The position numbers and the translations under genes were made by a program. A DNA stretch of 19,096 nt from Nitrospirota bacterium (GTDB lineage: Bacteria > Nitrospirota > UBA9217): assembly GCA_963749655.1 (NCBI GenBank), contig CAVVOB010000025.1:1-19096 (forward strand), written 5' to 3'. Under the pieces are notes generated by a model. The model did no database searches and was not told the origin of the DNA. It saw only the letters and a program-made list of their open reading frames with translations. Of this stretch, positions 17,652 to 19,096 are shown in pieces (positions within the stretch are counted from its first letter, which is position 1; each line of letters begins with the position of its first letter).

Positions 17652-17753
17652 AATGCAGAACGCGGAATGGGGAATGCGGAATGAAATGCGCAGGCGGAAA
17701 TTCGCCGGCCTGTCCTTTGCCGTGGCCCGCATCCGAATTTCGCATTCCGAATT
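17652..17753. repeat. Inverted pair of heptamer arrays (AATGCGG / CCGMATT) between cheY and cheA
   Basis: aatgcag aacgcgg aatgggg aatgcgg aatg (17652-17683) faces ccgcat ccgaatt tcgcatt ccgaatt (17727-17753). Confidence 0.75.
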
Positions 17754-17758
17754 TGAGT

Positions 17759-19096
17759 ATGGCTAAATCCGACCGATCCATAAAAGAATTCTCGCAGAGG
17801 CCGAGGACATCCTGGAAGCCGCGAACCAGTCGCTGCTTGCGCTCGACGCGGCCGAGGCCGAGGGCAGGAGCGACCCGGACCAGGTGAATACCCTGTTCCG
17901 CGCCGTACATTCCTTCAAGGGCCTGGCGGGCATGTTCGACCTGAAGGAGCCCCAGGAGCTTTCCCACAAGCTTGAATTTCTGCTCGACGAACTCCGCTTG
18001 GGCAAAGTGGCCCTGGGCCGCGAACGTCCTCGACGTTCTCGGAGAAACGGTGGACCAGCTGGGCCAGCAGCAGGCGGGCAAGGGCCGGCCTTTCGACGAC
18101 TGTCGGCGGCCGTCGTGCGCATCGAGAACGTGCTCAAGGCGGCGCCCGCTGCGGCGTCGGGCAGGGACCTCGCCGAACAGATCAATCTCGATCGAGGCAT
18201 CCTGCAGGTCCTGACGGAATACGAGGAGCACCGGCTCCGCGAGTGCGTCCGTCGCGGAAGAACCTTTTCCTCCTCAAGGTCGAGTTCGACCTCGCATCGT
18301 TCGAGCCGGGCATCAAGGAACTCAACGCGGCGCTGAAGAAGATCGGCGAGATCATCTGTACCCTGCCGACCGCCGGCGGCGGGGCGGGGATCAGTTTCTC
18401 AATCGTCCTCGGCACGACCGAGGGCCGGGAAGCGGTTGCGTCAACGGTCACGACTCCTCACGCGGCGATCGAGCCTGTCGAATACGCCGACGGTCGGCGG
18501 TCGGAGGAGTCGAGAGCGGAGGCCGGCGCACTCAAATCCGTGAGCAACACGGTGCGGGTGGACGTCTTCGCCCTTCGACAGCCTCATGAACATCGTGGGC
18601 GAAATGCACATGATCAAAAACGTCGTAGGAAGGATCGTGGAGCTGCGGTCCATCGAGGGGGTCGGCGCTCTGTCCTCGGACCTGCACAAGGCTCAGCGTG
18701 CCATGGAGAGAAGGCTCAATGATCTTCAGGAAGGCATTCTCAAGGTGAGGATGGTACCCGTGGGCCAGATCTTCACCCGTCTTTCCCAGGTCGTCCGGAG
18801 ATACGTCCGGGAGGCGGGCAAGGAAATCGACCTTGATCTGCGGGGCGAAGAGACGGAGCTCGACAAGCTGATGATCGAAGACCTTGCGGACCCGCTCATG
18901 CACCTCATCAGGAACGCAATCGACCACGGGATTGAACCTCCCGAAATCCGCAAGGAGCGCGGCAAGCCCGAGCAGGGGCGAGTGGTCCTGAGCGCCTTTC
19001 CCAAGGGCAACCATGTGGTCATCACCATCAGAAGACGACGGCGCGGGCATCGATGCCGCAGACGTCCTTGTCAAGGCAGTCGAGAAGGGGCTGGTC
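17759..19096 (+). CDS. cheA: Chemotaxis histidine kinase CheA (partial; multiple frameshifts)
   Basis: MAKSDRSIKEF/AEAEDILE, HPt LFRAVHSFKGLAG, P2-like region, TVRVD, LMNIVGE, LKVRMVPVGQIF, GEETELDK, DPLMHLIRNAIDHGIE, DDGAGID. Confidence 0.92.

Overview
GC-rich bacterial window, probably from an anaerobic Nitrospirota or deltaproteobacterial-type genome (inferred from gene content and codon style, not proven). It looks like an error-prone long-read assembly: at least ten genes have single-base frameshifts, densest at the window ends. Gene order: DUF1579-like fragment, YjfB-like small protein, KDPG/KHG aldolase, DRE-TIM aldolase, stand-alone LigD phosphoesterase, ICMT/PEMT methyltransferase, PAS/HisKA_3 sensor kinase, DsbA/FrnE-like oxidoreductase, glgP, YbjQ, FN3 lipoprotein, small exported protein, alpha/beta hydrolase, Cdh-like HIT protein, VanZ, lolA, yajQ, and the start of a DUF4388-cheY-cheA cluster. 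Four signals are missed by the ORF track. (1) The DsbA/FrnE gene starts at 6466 and reads through a UGA in a UPFC (UxxC) motif followed by a SECIS-like hairpin, so it is a probable selenoprotein. (2) A 149-bp non-autonomous IS200/IS605-type element (2956-3104) has guide/cleavage tetranucleotide pairs that obey the family's pairing rule at both ends. (3) A recurring family of intergenic inverted repeats is built from three ~9-bp units per arm, including nested copies. (4) In-register 7-bp tandem arrays sit directly at gene ends.
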